Notes: generated by a model not told the origin, from the letters alone. 64,000 nucleotides of DNA from Verrucomicrobiia bacterium (GCA_035765895.1 DASTWL010000010.1:7281-71280), one strand, 5' to 3'. Positions 20,396-30,188 are shown, numbered from the stretch's first letter. Program-made: numbers and translations.

Positions 20396-21448
20396 TCAGT
20401 TGATTTCCAGCTGCACCTTGAGCACGTCGCCTTTGTCCCCTGCCAGGCGCAAGGCCCTGGCCGTCTCGACCAGCGGCAACACGTGGCTGATCAAGGGATG
20501 CAGATCAATTCGCTTCGCCTCAATCAGACGAATCGCTTCGTCGAAGACGTTCCCATAGCGCATGGAACCGATGAAGTTGACTTCGCGATTCATGAGCAGG
20601 TTGGCCGGAAGCGGAATATCCTCAGTGCCGAGCGTGCCGATCTGCACAATCGTCCCGCCCGGCCGCACCAGTTCAAAGGCCTGCCGCAGCGCGGCCTTCG
20701 CGCCAGATGCTTCAAAAACCACATCAAACCCCTCACCAGACAGTTCCCGCACTTGCTCCGAAAGATCGCTGGCGGCAGGATCAAGCTCCGCGTCGGCACC
20801 CAGCCTGTGCGCCGTGCCGCGCCGTGATGCCAGGAGATCACTCAATGCCACAGGCACCGCACCAAAGACTTTGGCTGTCATCGCCACAAGCTGTCCAATC
20901 GGCCCGCCGCCCGTGACGAGCACACGTTTACCTGAAACAACACCCGCGCGTTTCACCGCGTGCAACGCCACCGCGAAAGGCTCAAGCATCGCCCCCGTGG
21001 CATCATCCATGTCCGGGGGCAGCGCGTGGCACTGGTCTGCGCGAACGGTGACATATTCGGCGAACGCACCGTCCGTCGGCGGCTGGGTGCTCGCACTGCC
21101 CAACATGATGATCTGACGGCAAAGATTCGGCCGGCCGCCTTTGCAATACTCGCAAAAGCCGCAGGAACGCGCAGGATTCACGGTGACACGAGCCCCCAAT
21201 TGAACCGTGGTCACGCCTTCGCCCACCGCCGCAACTTCAGCCGTAAACTCGTGACCAGGAATGAACGGACGCGTCGGCACAAACGCCGCGCAGTAGCCGT
21301 GCTCGAAGTAGTGGAGATCCGAACCACAGATGCCGGCCCGGCGGACGCGCAGCTTCACCATCCCGGCATTGGCTTCAGGTTGGGGCCGGGCTTCGACTTT
21401 GATTGACTTTGCGCCGTGCAAAACCGCGGCGCGCATGGTGGTGGTCAT
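20396..21448 (-). CDS. Zn-dependent medium-chain alcohol/polyol dehydrogenase (L-galactonate/L-idonate/sorbitol dehydrogenase-like)
   Basis: Catalytic Zn motifs GICGSDLHYFEHG and PGHEFTAEV. Structural Zn cluster CGFCEYCKGGRPNLC. NAD-binding motif LVTGGGPIGQL. Confidence 0.9.
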   Translation of the reverse strand: MTTTMRAAVLHGAKSIKVEARPQPEANAGMVKLRVRRAGICGSDLHYFEHGYCAAFVPTRPFIPGHEFTAEVAAVGEGVTTVQLGARVTVNPARSCGFCEYCKGGRPNLCRQIIMLGSASTQPPTDGAFAEYVTVRADQCHALPPDMDDATGAMLEPFAVALHAVKRAGVVSGKRVLVTGGGPIGQLVAMTAKVFGAVPVALSDLLASRRGTAHRLGADAELDPAASDLSEQVRELSGEGFDVVFEASGAKAALRQAFELVRPGGTIVQIGTLGTEDIPLPANLLMNREVNFIGSMRYGNVFDEAIRLIEAKRIDLHPLISHVLPLVETARALRLAGDKGDVLKVQLEIN

Positions 21449-21456
21449 TTGGGCGT

Positions 21457-22314
21457 TTACTTGAGGCGGTAAAATTGAGTGCAGTTGCCCCCCAGAACCC
21501 GGCTTTGATCGGCCGGTGGATATTGACGAAGATAATCAATCACGATGCGCATGGTGTTTGCGTAATCGCCTGAGAGCCCGCACACGGGCCAGTCCGAACC
21601 AATCATCAACCGCTCCAGTCCGAACGCATAAAACACGGTGTCAAGGTAACGACAAAAATCATCCGGCTGCCATTGCTTCCATTTCGCCTCGGTCACCAGC
21701 CCGGAAAGTTTGCACCAGACGTTGGGACATTCGGCCAGGGCTGCCACACCCTCCTGCCACGGCAGGAACAACCTTTCTCCGATGCGCGGCTTGCCGATGT
21801 GATCCAGCACGAACCGTTGTGCTGGAAACTCCTGAACGAGTTGGAGCGCGGCGGGCAGATGCCTCGGGAACAACAGCAAATCGTAGGTCAAACCTTGCGC
21901 GTCGAGTTGCGCGATGCCCCGGCGAAATTCGGGCCGCAGCATGAACTCGTCATCCGGTTCATCATGCACCACGTGACGCACCCCAACGAGTTTCGGATTC
22001 TGGGCAAAGCTCTCAAGCTGGGTGTCGAGTTCCGCCGAACACAAATCCACCCAGCCCACGACACCCCTGATGAAATCATGCTGTCCGGCAAGTTCGAGCA
22101 ACCAGCGAGTCTCCTCCACGTTCTGCCTCGCCTGCACCGTGACCGTGCCATCGAATTTCGCCACCTGAAGCAAAGGCTTCAGATCCTCGGGCATATAATC
22201 ACGCTTCAACACTGCCATGCGCTCATCGATCCAGCGATACTCCTCCGGGTGGTAGCGCCAGAAATGCTGGTGGGAATCAATTCGCATTACCGGGTTGTTC
22301 ATGGTCGGCGGCAT
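21457..22314 (-). CDS. Amidohydrolase-2 family (cog3618) sugar 1,5-lactonase candidate
   Basis: N-terminal metal motif MRIDSHQHFW (HxH). Family blocks VVHDEPD, LDHIGKP, IGSDWPV. The start could be 22314, 22302 or 22287 (all ATG). Confidence 0.85.
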   Translation of the reverse strand: MPPTMNNPVMRIDSHQHFWRYHPEEYRWIDERMAVLKRDYMPEDLKPLLQVAKFDGTVTVQARQNVEETRWLLELAGQHDFIRGVVGWVDLCSAELDTQLESFAQNPKLVGVRHVVHDEPDDEFMLRPEFRRGIAQLDAQGLTYDLLLFPRHLPAALQLVQEFPAQRFVLDHIGKPRIGERLFLPWQEGVAALAECPNVWCKLSGLVTEAKWKQWQPDDFCRYLDTVFYAFGLERLMIGSDWPVCGLSGDYANTMRIVIDYLRQYPPADQSRVLGGNCTQFYRLK

Positions 22315-22391
22315 CGCTTCCGTCCTGATTCCCGCGGGACGCTCCTGCTGAATCGGGGCGGCATCGGCGCGCGCCGGGCGGGTTTAAACAT

Positions 22392-25265
22392 TCAAGGCAG
22401 GGAGGTGATCTCGTCGGTGTAGGCCGCCTCCACGGTATCAAGAAATAGTCCTTGAAACTGGCCGGGCGCGAGTTTCGGCAGTTCGACTTCAAACGTGTGA
22501 TTTACGTCGGGTTGCAACGAGGTCACATCCGCATACCAGCCCGTAAAGGTGTTGCGCGGGTTGCTGCGGACGATGGAGGTGTAGGCCGGTTTGACGGGCA
22601 CGGACTGACCATCAACCTTGAGCGTTACCCCCTTCATCGTTTCGTCATCCGGCTCCGCCACGTTGACAAAGAGCAGCAAACGATCGGAATTGAGCCACAC
22701 CGCCTGACGCTCCTCCGCCGTGTAGTCCACCGGCCATGTCTGGCGGCGCGCCTGAAGTTGCGCAAAGACGCGGGCGGGAATGGTGCCTTCGGCCTTGTAG
22801 GAGCCGCCGGTAAACGCCGGATCATATTGACCGATTTGGGCGTGCGCCGGAAACGGGGTGCCCGCGAAATGGAGTTTCAAGGAAACCTGCGTGCCGTTCT
22901 GCACGAAACGGACGCTCTTGCCGTTCACCGTCAGCCCGGAAATCCGCCGGTCATCCGGCAACACGACCGCCATCGGCTTGACGGTCCCGGGCTCTCCCAG
23001 CAATCCCGTCAACGCCAGCTTGTTTCCGTTCAACTGCGCCTTGCCAATGGCACCGGTCAGCAACGGCTCCTCCACCTGCGTGGGCGCCGGGCTTACTTCC
23101 AGCACCAACGCGCTGGCGCCCGCCAGCGGCAAGCTCACCGGATCGCCGTAATTCCAAAACGCCCCGCTTGGGGGGGCCAGCAGCCGGCCCTTTTCGGCGT
23201 CCGGATAAAGCTGGCGCAAGGTGAAGCGCGTGCCGTTCGTGAGCCCGATGGATTGATCCAGACGGAACTCCGCCGGCAACGCGCGGTAGTTCGGATTGAA
23301 TAGAAAAATGAAACCGTGCCCGTTCTGGAACGCCGCCGTGCCGTCCACGCGCCCCAGTTGCGGCGCGGCCAGGATGGGCTGCACATGGCGCAAAACCTCC
23401 AGGTTCGCATCGGTCCAGTCAAACCAGTCGCGCAACCACTTCTGGTCCGCCGCCGAGAAGGCCTTGTCCTCCCGCTCGTCGCGGGCCGGAATGTAATTGA
23501 CCACCAAATTGAATGGCGCGGTCGCGACGGACGAAATGACCGAGTATTTCCAGCCCAGCAGATCCCAGTCGGCCGGACGGAACCGGCCGCGCGGACACTC
23601 CCCACTTTCGGTGAGGCGCGGCGTCTGGTGCGTCATGTAGCCCGGCATGATTTCCGGCGGCACAAAGCATTCCGTCCGATACCAGAACGCCGTGTGCCGC
23701 TGGCGGTCGGCCGAGACCCGATCCCAGTGCAGGTCGGGGAAGGCGCGGAAACTCTGCGGTTGCTCATCCGAGTTCAACGGGTGCGGGTAAGTTCCGGCCA
23801 GCCAGGTCCACACGCCAAAGTAATGGTATTGCTGGCGCCCATCGATGATCACCTCCGGAATCCGGCGACGCAGCTCCTCCAAAATGCGCCGGCAGCCGGC
23901 CCACTGCGCGTAGTGGCTGCTCGGCGTGTCGTCATAGGCAATCCACCAGTGGTCAAACGAATAGCCGCTCGCCCCGGTCTGGTCATGAAAGGCGACCAGC
24001 TTGTCGAGCAGCCAGTCCTGAAAACTGGTCTGGCCGGTGTCGGCGCCCAGGTAACCGCCCGGATGCCCGTTGGGCACCCAGCTTGTCCAGGCCGGCTCCT
24101 GCATGAACGGCAGCGAGGGATAAACGTAAGCCAAAAACCCGACGTTCCTCGCCTTCGCATAGTCCACGAGTTCCTGCACCGAGTCCGGCAACTTGTCGTG
24201 GGCAGGATCCCATTCGCCCTTGCGCAACTTCTGGCCCAGTGAAAACCACAGCAAGTTCTCCCACCCCCACGCGTCGCGGTTTTCCGCCAACGACGACTCC
24301 GCGCTGTTGGCGGGCGCAAAAAGTATGTCACGACATCCGATGGCCGCCGCCTGATCAATGATTCGTTTGTATTCCGCGCGGCCCTCAGGCGTGCCGATGT
24401 CAATCTGGTAATCATTCTCGCACCAACCGACATTGACGCGCGTGGTGCGGGTCGGATGCCAGAGCAAAAAGGCGCGCACGCAATCCACCAGCGCCTCCAC
24501 CTCCGCCCGATCCAGCCATCCTGTGTCCGCCGGTCCGCCGCCAGCCACAAACTTCCATTCAGGAACCAGCCGCGCCGGAAGATGGACACCGCTGAGGACA
24601 TAAGGGCCGAGGAGCAGCCGGTCCGAGGCAAACACACCATTCGTCGGAGTCCAGGTCATTTCAGGCGCATACCCCAGCGAGAAGCGTTCCGCCTGTCGTT
24701 TGAGCTGGAGAAATGGATTTTGCAGGGAAAGAAACAGGCCGTGCGTTGGCGCGGCTCCGTCCGCATCGGCAAACCGGAGCAGTGTGCCGTCGCGAATGCG
24801 CTGCTCCGAGGCAATGGGCGTGGCCACCTGTCCGCGCCACATTTCGATGCGATGAACCCGCACCTCCCGCTTGCCCGCGCCGGCCAGCAACACCTGTTTG
24901 CTCAAAAAATGCCAGCCCGGCTGAAGTTCATAGACCACCCGCGCCGTCCAGGGCCCTGATTCAAAACGATAAATCCGGTTCGTCGGCGACTCCTGTTCCA
25001 GCACGGGGCTGGCAAAATCGCTCTCCAGCGAATCGCCGTCCACGACCACCGTCAGGTCATCACCGGCCAGCCGCACCGTGTTGAGCGCCCGCTTGTCCGT
25101 GATGCCGGCCAGTCCGCGCGCATCAAATTCGGCGCGCACGAATTCATTCTCCAACGCCTGGCCAGCCAGCGCCGGCAGGGCCAGCAGCAGCAGAGTGGCG
25201 CCCGCAATGCATGCTTTCGGAATGCTCATGGTTCCAGGCCGTTTCAGTTTCATTGTGGGGATCAT
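22392..25265 (-). CDS. Secreted 957-aa protein of unknown family; putative glycoside hydrolase (beta-sandwich / TIM-barrel-like / beta-sandwich architecture inferred only)
   Basis: ATG start and signal peptide MSIPKACIAGATLLLLALPALAGQ. I recognise no family signature. The central region (VGWCENDYQIDIG, RDILFAP, GFLAYVYP, SFDHWWIAY, VIIDGRQQYH) alternates in the manner of a (beta/alpha)8 barrel. The gene sits 11 nt downstream of GH95. Confidence 0.8.
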   Translation of the reverse strand: MIPTMKLKRPGTMSIPKACIAGATLLLLALPALAGQALENEFVRAEFDARGLAGITDKRALNTVRLAGDDLTVVVDGDSLESDFASPVLEQESPTNRIYRFESGPWTARVVYELQPGWHFLSKQVLLAGAGKREVRVHRIEMWRGQVATPIASEQRIRDGTLLRFADADGAAPTHGLFLSLQNPFLQLKRQAERFSLGYAPEMTWTPTNGVFASDRLLLGPYVLSGVHLPARLVPEWKFVAGGGPADTGWLDRAEVEALVDCVRAFLLWHPTRTTRVNVGWCENDYQIDIGTPEGRAEYKRIIDQAAAIGCRDILFAPANSAESSLAENRDAWGWENLLWFSLGQKLRKGEWDPAHDKLPDSVQELVDYAKARNVGFLAYVYPSLPFMQEPAWTSWVPNGHPGGYLGADTGQTSFQDWLLDKLVAFHDQTGASGYSFDHWWIAYDDTPSSHYAQWAGCRRILEELRRRIPEVIIDGRQQYHYFGVWTWLAGTYPHPLNSDEQPQSFRAFPDLHWDRVSADRQRHTAFWYRTECFVPPEIMPGYMTHQTPRLTESGECPRGRFRPADWDLLGWKYSVISSVATAPFNLVVNYIPARDEREDKAFSAADQKWLRDWFDWTDANLEVLRHVQPILAAPQLGRVDGTAAFQNGHGFIFLFNPNYRALPAEFRLDQSIGLTNGTRFTLRQLYPDAEKGRLLAPPSGAFWNYGDPVSLPLAGASALVLEVSPAPTQVEEPLLTGAIGKAQLNGNKLALTGLLGEPGTVKPMAVVLPDDRRISGLTVNGKSVRFVQNGTQVSLKLHFAGTPFPAHAQIGQYDPAFTGGSYKAEGTIPARVFAQLQARRQTWPVDYTAEERQAVWLNSDRLLLFVNVAEPDDETMKGVTLKVDGQSVPVKPAYTSIVRSNPRNTFTGWYADVTSLQPDVNHTFEVELPKLAPGQFQGLFLDTVEAAYTDEITSLP

Positions 25266-25276
25266 GATGGATCAGA

Positions 25277-27790
25277 TTATTGGCCGGTCTTGGCCGGCTC
25301 CAACACGGTCGGGCGGCGCCGGATTGTCAGCGTCACCTCCTGGCGCGCAGGCAGTGTGACTTTGCAGGGCGCACCTGGCGAACGGTGTTCCACGAGGCCG
25401 GAGCCGCCGGGCGCAATCTTCACGGAGGCCATGCCACCGGGCAGGTTCAACGCCACCGTCTGCCGCACCGCCGAGGTGAGCGTCACCGAAACATCGGGCC
25501 CGGCCCAGGCGAGGCTTTTGATGGTCACCTGACCACGACACGCAACGCCCTCGATCCGTCCCTTGCCCCAGGCCGCCGGCAGTGCCGGCAACAAATCGAG
25601 CCGCCCGGGCTCGGAAGCCACCAGCATCTTGATGACGACTGCGGGCAGTCCGCCGCAGATATCCGTGTTGAAAATGCTGTGCGCGTTGTGCGTGCTGGTC
25701 AGCGCCGGAGTCCAGTAAAGATTCGCCAGCCAATCCACCACCTCCCGGCAGGTCTCCGCCTCGCCCAGACTGGCCGCGGCCAGGCCCAGTTGAACGGCGC
25801 CAAAAGCCATTTCCCCGTTCGGTTCATGCCGGCGATAGTCCATGCGCTTTTCGATGGCAACTTGGAACGCGCGACGTAGGGGCGCATTGGTTGCTATCTC
25901 TTCAGGCAATCCGTCAAACAAGGCGTAAAGATGCGAGGCGTGGCGGTGCGCGTAATTATCCTCCAGCAGAGGCGTGGTCCACTCCTTCAATGCGCCATCC
26001 GAGTTGATCTGGTAATCGGGCAGACGGGCGAGCAGGGATCGCCATTGCCGGACCTTGTCCGCGTCCGTATGCAGGATTTCGCAGGCGGCGATGCAATTGC
26101 GCAGCAGTTCCTTCACCACCGAAATGTCCATGGTGGCGTTGATGCAGGCCTGCGAGGGGTTGTTCTCCGGATGATTTTCCGGGGAGTAACTTGGGCTGAA
26201 GAGGAGCTTCCCGTCCGGCCCCGGAATGAGAAAGTCCTCATAGAAAAGGGCCGCTTCCTTCATGAAGGGCAGTGCGTGTTCGCGCAAAAAGCGCCGGTCG
26301 CCGGTGTATTGATAGTAATCGAAATAGAAGTGCGCCGCCCAGCCGGCGCCCGCCGTCCAAAAGGTCATGGGCCAGACGGAATCGAAATGGTTGTTGAGCC
26401 CGTGCGTGCTGGTGCGCGATGGCACCAGGATGCCGCGACAACCATAAAGCCGCCGTGCGTTCTCACGATACTGCGGCAGCTGCGCCTCCAAATAGCGAAA
26501 ATAGGGCTGCAGACATTCGGCCAGATTGCCCGAAAGATCAGCGGCCAGCGCGCTCTGAACATTGCCATTCTGGGTGAAGTCGGCCGACCACGGCGGGCCC
26601 CACGTGCCGTTCCAGATGCCCTGCAAATTCGGAAACAGCTCGCCGCTGCTCGAAATCACGGCGTAACGTGCCGCATCAAATTCATCCTCCAGGAGCGCGG
26701 GAGAAGTCGCCCCCGGATGCGATCTGGCCAGCAGTTCCTCCGTGGGCAGGTCATGGTCGACTGCTCCTCCCAGGTCGAGCCGAACCCGGTTGAAGAGCTC
26801 ACCGTGCAGCTTCACATGGCGGGACAACAAGCCGTCAAAATCAGGGGTCAATTTGCCCAACGCCTCCTCCATCGCCGGAATTTTTGAAGTGGCAAAATCT
26901 TCCAGCACGGCCACGCGCAACAACACAACCACCGCATCGGCGTTCGTAACGTTGACGCCCATGGCATCCGTCGTCATCGTGCCCCCGCTCACCACCACCC
27001 GGGCCGCCCCTTCGTAGCCTTGCAGGCTGCCAGGCCAGTTCCGCCGGAACTGGCTGCGATAGGTCAACCAGCAACCATCAGCCGCCGCCACGGCGGACTG
27101 AATGCCATTGGTAAAGGCAACTTCGGACCACCAGCCGCCCTGACCGGACGATGGCCGCGGCGCCAGGTTCAAGCGGCAACTGATCTGGCCGGGCCGCGAC
27201 CCCGCAAAAGACAGCGCCACCACATCATCCGCTCTTGAAACGAACAGCCGCCGCCGAAACGTCCCGCGGACATCCGTCCACTGCACCGCGGCCAGGCCCT
27301 TGGAAAAATCCACCGAACGCGTGTAATCAGACACCGCTCCGGCAGGCTCCATTTTTAACCGGAGATCAAAGGCGGGAATAAAAGGATCGGTCCAACGTTT
27401 GGGGCCGTAACCCTCCTGCTCCGCCTCCGCCACCACCAGGTCCGCAGCACGTTGATATTCTCCGCGCTGCATGAGCGAGCGGATTTCGCCAAGCTTGCCG
27501 GCCGTGTCCGGGGGCGGCAGCGGAGGATGCAGCGGCATGAAAAGGCGGGCGTGATTCAGGATGATCGTTTCATCAAACGGCTCTCCCAGCACCATGGCTC
27601 CCATCCGCCCATTGCCGCTCAACAATGCCTCCTCCCACTGCCGGGCCGGATGCCGTGTATAAAAACCGCGTTCGGGCGAGGTCGTTCCTTCCGCCAGAAC
27701 AGGTGTGGCCAGCAGAAATGCCGCCAGACACCAACCCGAAAGACGGATTCGCGAGCCGTGGCCGCCGTGTTTGTTTAGTCCAAGTGCCAT
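25277..27790 (-). CDS. Glycoside hydrolase family 95 (alpha-L-fucosidase / alpha-L-galactosidase type)
   Basis: The track ORF runs to 28168, but its first 126 aa are non-protein-like. ATG at 27790 gives MALGLNKHGGHGSRIRLSGWCLAAFLLATPVLAEG. GH95 N-terminal block WEEALLSGNGRMGAMVLGEPFDETIILNHARLF. Catalytic-domain block FSPSYSPENHPENNPSQACINATMDISVVKELL. Confidence 0.9.
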   Translation of the reverse strand: MALGLNKHGGHGSRIRLSGWCLAAFLLATPVLAEGTTSPERGFYTRHPARQWEEALLSGNGRMGAMVLGEPFDETIILNHARLFMPLHPPLPPPDTAGKLGEIRSLMQRGEYQRAADLVVAEAEQEGYGPKRWTDPFIPAFDLRLKMEPAGAVSDYTRSVDFSKGLAAVQWTDVRGTFRRRLFVSRADDVVALSFAGSRPGQISCRLNLAPRPSSGQGGWWSEVAFTNGIQSAVAAADGCWLTYRSQFRRNWPGSLQGYEGAARVVVSGGTMTTDAMGVNVTNADAVVVLLRVAVLEDFATSKIPAMEEALGKLTPDFDGLLSRHVKLHGELFNRVRLDLGGAVDHDLPTEELLARSHPGATSPALLEDEFDAARYAVISSSGELFPNLQGIWNGTWGPPWSADFTQNGNVQSALAADLSGNLAECLQPYFRYLEAQLPQYRENARRLYGCRGILVPSRTSTHGLNNHFDSVWPMTFWTAGAGWAAHFYFDYYQYTGDRRFLREHALPFMKEAALFYEDFLIPGPDGKLLFSPSYSPENHPENNPSQACINATMDISVVKELLRNCIAACEILHTDADKVRQWRSLLARLPDYQINSDGALKEWTTPLLEDNYAHRHASHLYALFDGLPEEIATNAPLRRAFQVAIEKRMDYRRHEPNGEMAFGAVQLGLAAASLGEAETCREVVDWLANLYWTPALTSTHNAHSIFNTDICGGLPAVVIKMLVASEPGRLDLLPALPAAWGKGRIEGVACRGQVTIKSLAWAGPDVSVTLTSAVRQTVALNLPGGMASVKIAPGGSGLVEHRSPGAPCKVTLPARQEVTLTIRRRPTVLEPAKTGQ

Positions 27791-28274
27791 GTCAATCAGC
27801 GCTGCGAACCGGCCTCCGGCCGGCCCGACAGCGCAGGTGTCATTTTTCAATGCTGTCCGTTGATCCCCCGTCACTCCGCGCCACGGCGGCCGCTCGTCGT
27901 TCGCTCGACGAATGGCCCATGACGCACAACGCGGGCTTGGTTTCGAGATTAGTGCATCTTTCAGAATCAATGGCCGGGTCGCTACCGCTATTTTTAGGAA
28001 TAGTGGTGGACTATTAAGCAATCGTCCGCAGGCGACCACGGACGCGGTCTGTGCATGACCTGCCGGTTCGCCACGGAATCCCCGCCGGCTTCTCAATGCT
28101 GCATCCACCACACCGCTGCCCGTGTTGCATCGCAGCGCACGGCTCCACCAGTTGGCTGCGCGATGCATGAATTTGAATTCGTGGGCAGGTCCGGCGCGAG
28201 CCGACTGGGGCGCCCCACTTCAAGGCAGCCAGTTCATTTTGCGGCAGCCCCGCGAGGAAAGCATTTACCGGCGT

Positions 28275-29957
28275 TCAGTTGGGGAAGTCACCGGGCCAAC
28301 GTGCGAGCACTTTGGGATGCTCCGGCAAACCCGAGCGGTCCGCTCCGGGCGTAAGCAACAGTTCAACCGCCGTGACCGCCCCCTCATCCGCACGAACATT
28401 CACGGCGGCGGTGGTCAGACTGCGGAACTGTTGGGGATCGTTTTCCGCCCCCGCGCTCGCGGCGAGCAGGTAGAAGTGCTCCCGGCCGCCTTGGTTGATC
28501 TTCAGCGTGAAGTCGCAGCCGCGCTTTGGGGAAAAGGTTTGTCGTGCGGCCTCACGATCCGCCGCCTGCCGGGGATCAAAGGTGCGAATCAAATTGCCGC
28601 GATAGGGACCGATCGGCGGATAAACCAGGTTCACGTCGGGTTCCGCCAGCGTCATGGCGGCCATGATGCTGATCACCGGCACATCTTCGTCCACCGGGTA
28701 ATGAACCCCGTCACTGCGCACCAATTTGGTGTAATCGCCGGTGACCTCCTCCCATTTGTAATATTGGCCGGCCCGGCGCACCGCAACCTTCCGTTCAAGC
28801 CAGGCCTGCATTCGGTGGACGTTGTAATCGGAAAAATGGCGCAGCAGGAACGGCGGATCCTGATCGCCTTCGCCGCCGCCCTGCATGGGGTCGGCCTTGT
28901 AACGACCCGCCGGCCAGCGCGCGCTGCCGTGCTGCACGGTGGGCGGAATGAACGTGCGCGACGGCAAGTCAAACGCCCACGTCGGGCCGACGTGGACCAG
29001 GTTGAATACCTGCGGTGGTTGGATGCCATACATCTCGCCGCGATATGGATAATCCTTTTGCTGGCCGATGTGGGGCAACCCCAGCGCGTGGCCCAGTTCA
29101 TGATGAAGAATGCCGGGACGCACCGATCCAACGCCGGTGAAATTGCCCGCCTGACCGCCGGCAAAGGCGCCATAAATGTTGATGTAGCACAACGCCGTAT
29201 CCTGGTTGCCGCCGGCGGCGGACAAGGCGTGAACCCACTGCAGGGCGGCGGCTTGTTCGCCATCGAATTTCTGGCCGGTCTTGACGCGGTATTCTTCCGG
29301 GGAGGAAATCCTCACGGCCGGCAAGCCCGCCCGCGCCGGAATGACCAGTTCCGGAAAGTTGATGCCGCGCACCCGCTCAACCTCCAGTCCAGCCACCGGC
29401 CATTTGGACTCGATTTCGGCAAAGAGGCCCTCACGGTAATCGCCCTCGCCCCGTCCAAAATAGTGCACGTCGAACATTTTCAAATGCACCACCGTTGGCG
29501 CCCCCACCTCGATTTCATGCCGGACCACACTGGAACCGGCGCGAACTTCGACAACCAGTCCGCGGCGGACCAACCGGCCCGGAATGATTCCCGTGAAGCT
29601 GTCCTCAAAACGATGCCGCACCACGCCCGGCTCGGAAGGCAGCGAAGTTGGGAGCACGGCCGGACCACGAAGGATCATGTGATTGGTTGCCCCGCCGCTG
29701 ACAACCGTAGCAATCACCGGCGGGGCCGTTTGCCCCCCGGCAGCCACCACGTGCACCTTCAGCAGCGCATCGCGGTTGCCCGTCAGCCGGAAATAGGGCT
29801 GGCCAGGTTGCATGACATGTGTTTGAGCCAGAAAGACAGCCTCAATCCGGGCATCGGAAGATGCCGAACGGTTCGTCGGCGCCTGCGCTCTCAACGCACC
29901 GGGGGACAAGCCAATGGCGACGGCAGCAGCGAGAAAAAGGGAGTGCTTGAGATTCAC
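28275..29957 (-). CDS. Secreted zinc metallopeptidase with metzincin-type HExxHxxGxxH motif (M66/StcE-like candidate)
   Basis: GTG start and signal peptide MNLKHSLFLAAAVAIGLSPGALRAQA. Active-site motif ILHHELGHALGLPHIG, preceded by a G-rich segment (AFAGGQAGNFTGVG) as in M66-type enzymes. The family assignment is tentative. Confidence 0.85.
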   Translation of the reverse strand: MNLKHSLFLAAAVAIGLSPGALRAQAPTNRSASSDARIEAVFLAQTHVMQPGQPYFRLTGNRDALLKVHVVAAGGQTAPPVIATVVSGGATNHMILRGPAVLPTSLPSEPGVVRHRFEDSFTGIIPGRLVRRGLVVEVRAGSSVVRHEIEVGAPTVVHLKMFDVHYFGRGEGDYREGLFAEIESKWPVAGLEVERVRGINFPELVIPARAGLPAVRISSPEEYRVKTGQKFDGEQAAALQWVHALSAAGGNQDTALCYINIYGAFAGGQAGNFTGVGSVRPGILHHELGHALGLPHIGQQKDYPYRGEMYGIQPPQVFNLVHVGPTWAFDLPSRTFIPPTVQHGSARWPAGRYKADPMQGGGEGDQDPPFLLRHFSDYNVHRMQAWLERKVAVRRAGQYYKWEEVTGDYTKLVRSDGVHYPVDEDVPVISIMAAMTLAEPDVNLVYPPIGPYRGNLIRTFDPRQAADREAARQTFSPKRGCDFTLKINQGGREHFYLLAASAGAENDPQQFRSLTTAAVNVRADEGAVTAVELLLTPGADRSGLPEHPKVLARWPGDFPN

Positions 29958-30188
29958 AAATGGAGCGCGCGATGCAGGGGAATACTACGACGCCCTTCCG
30001 CATGTTGAATCACATTTTGATGTGATGCCCTGCCGTCCACGTGCAGCGCGTCCGCGCCGGGCGTAACGCGCTTTTAATCGGGGCGATGGGTCCGCTTTTG
30101 ACCTCTGCCTCACGTTCCTCGGCACCGGCCTGTTCCGGTGTCATTTATTTGAGTCAACGCGGCGAAGCAAAGCGCTGGAAAATACAAC

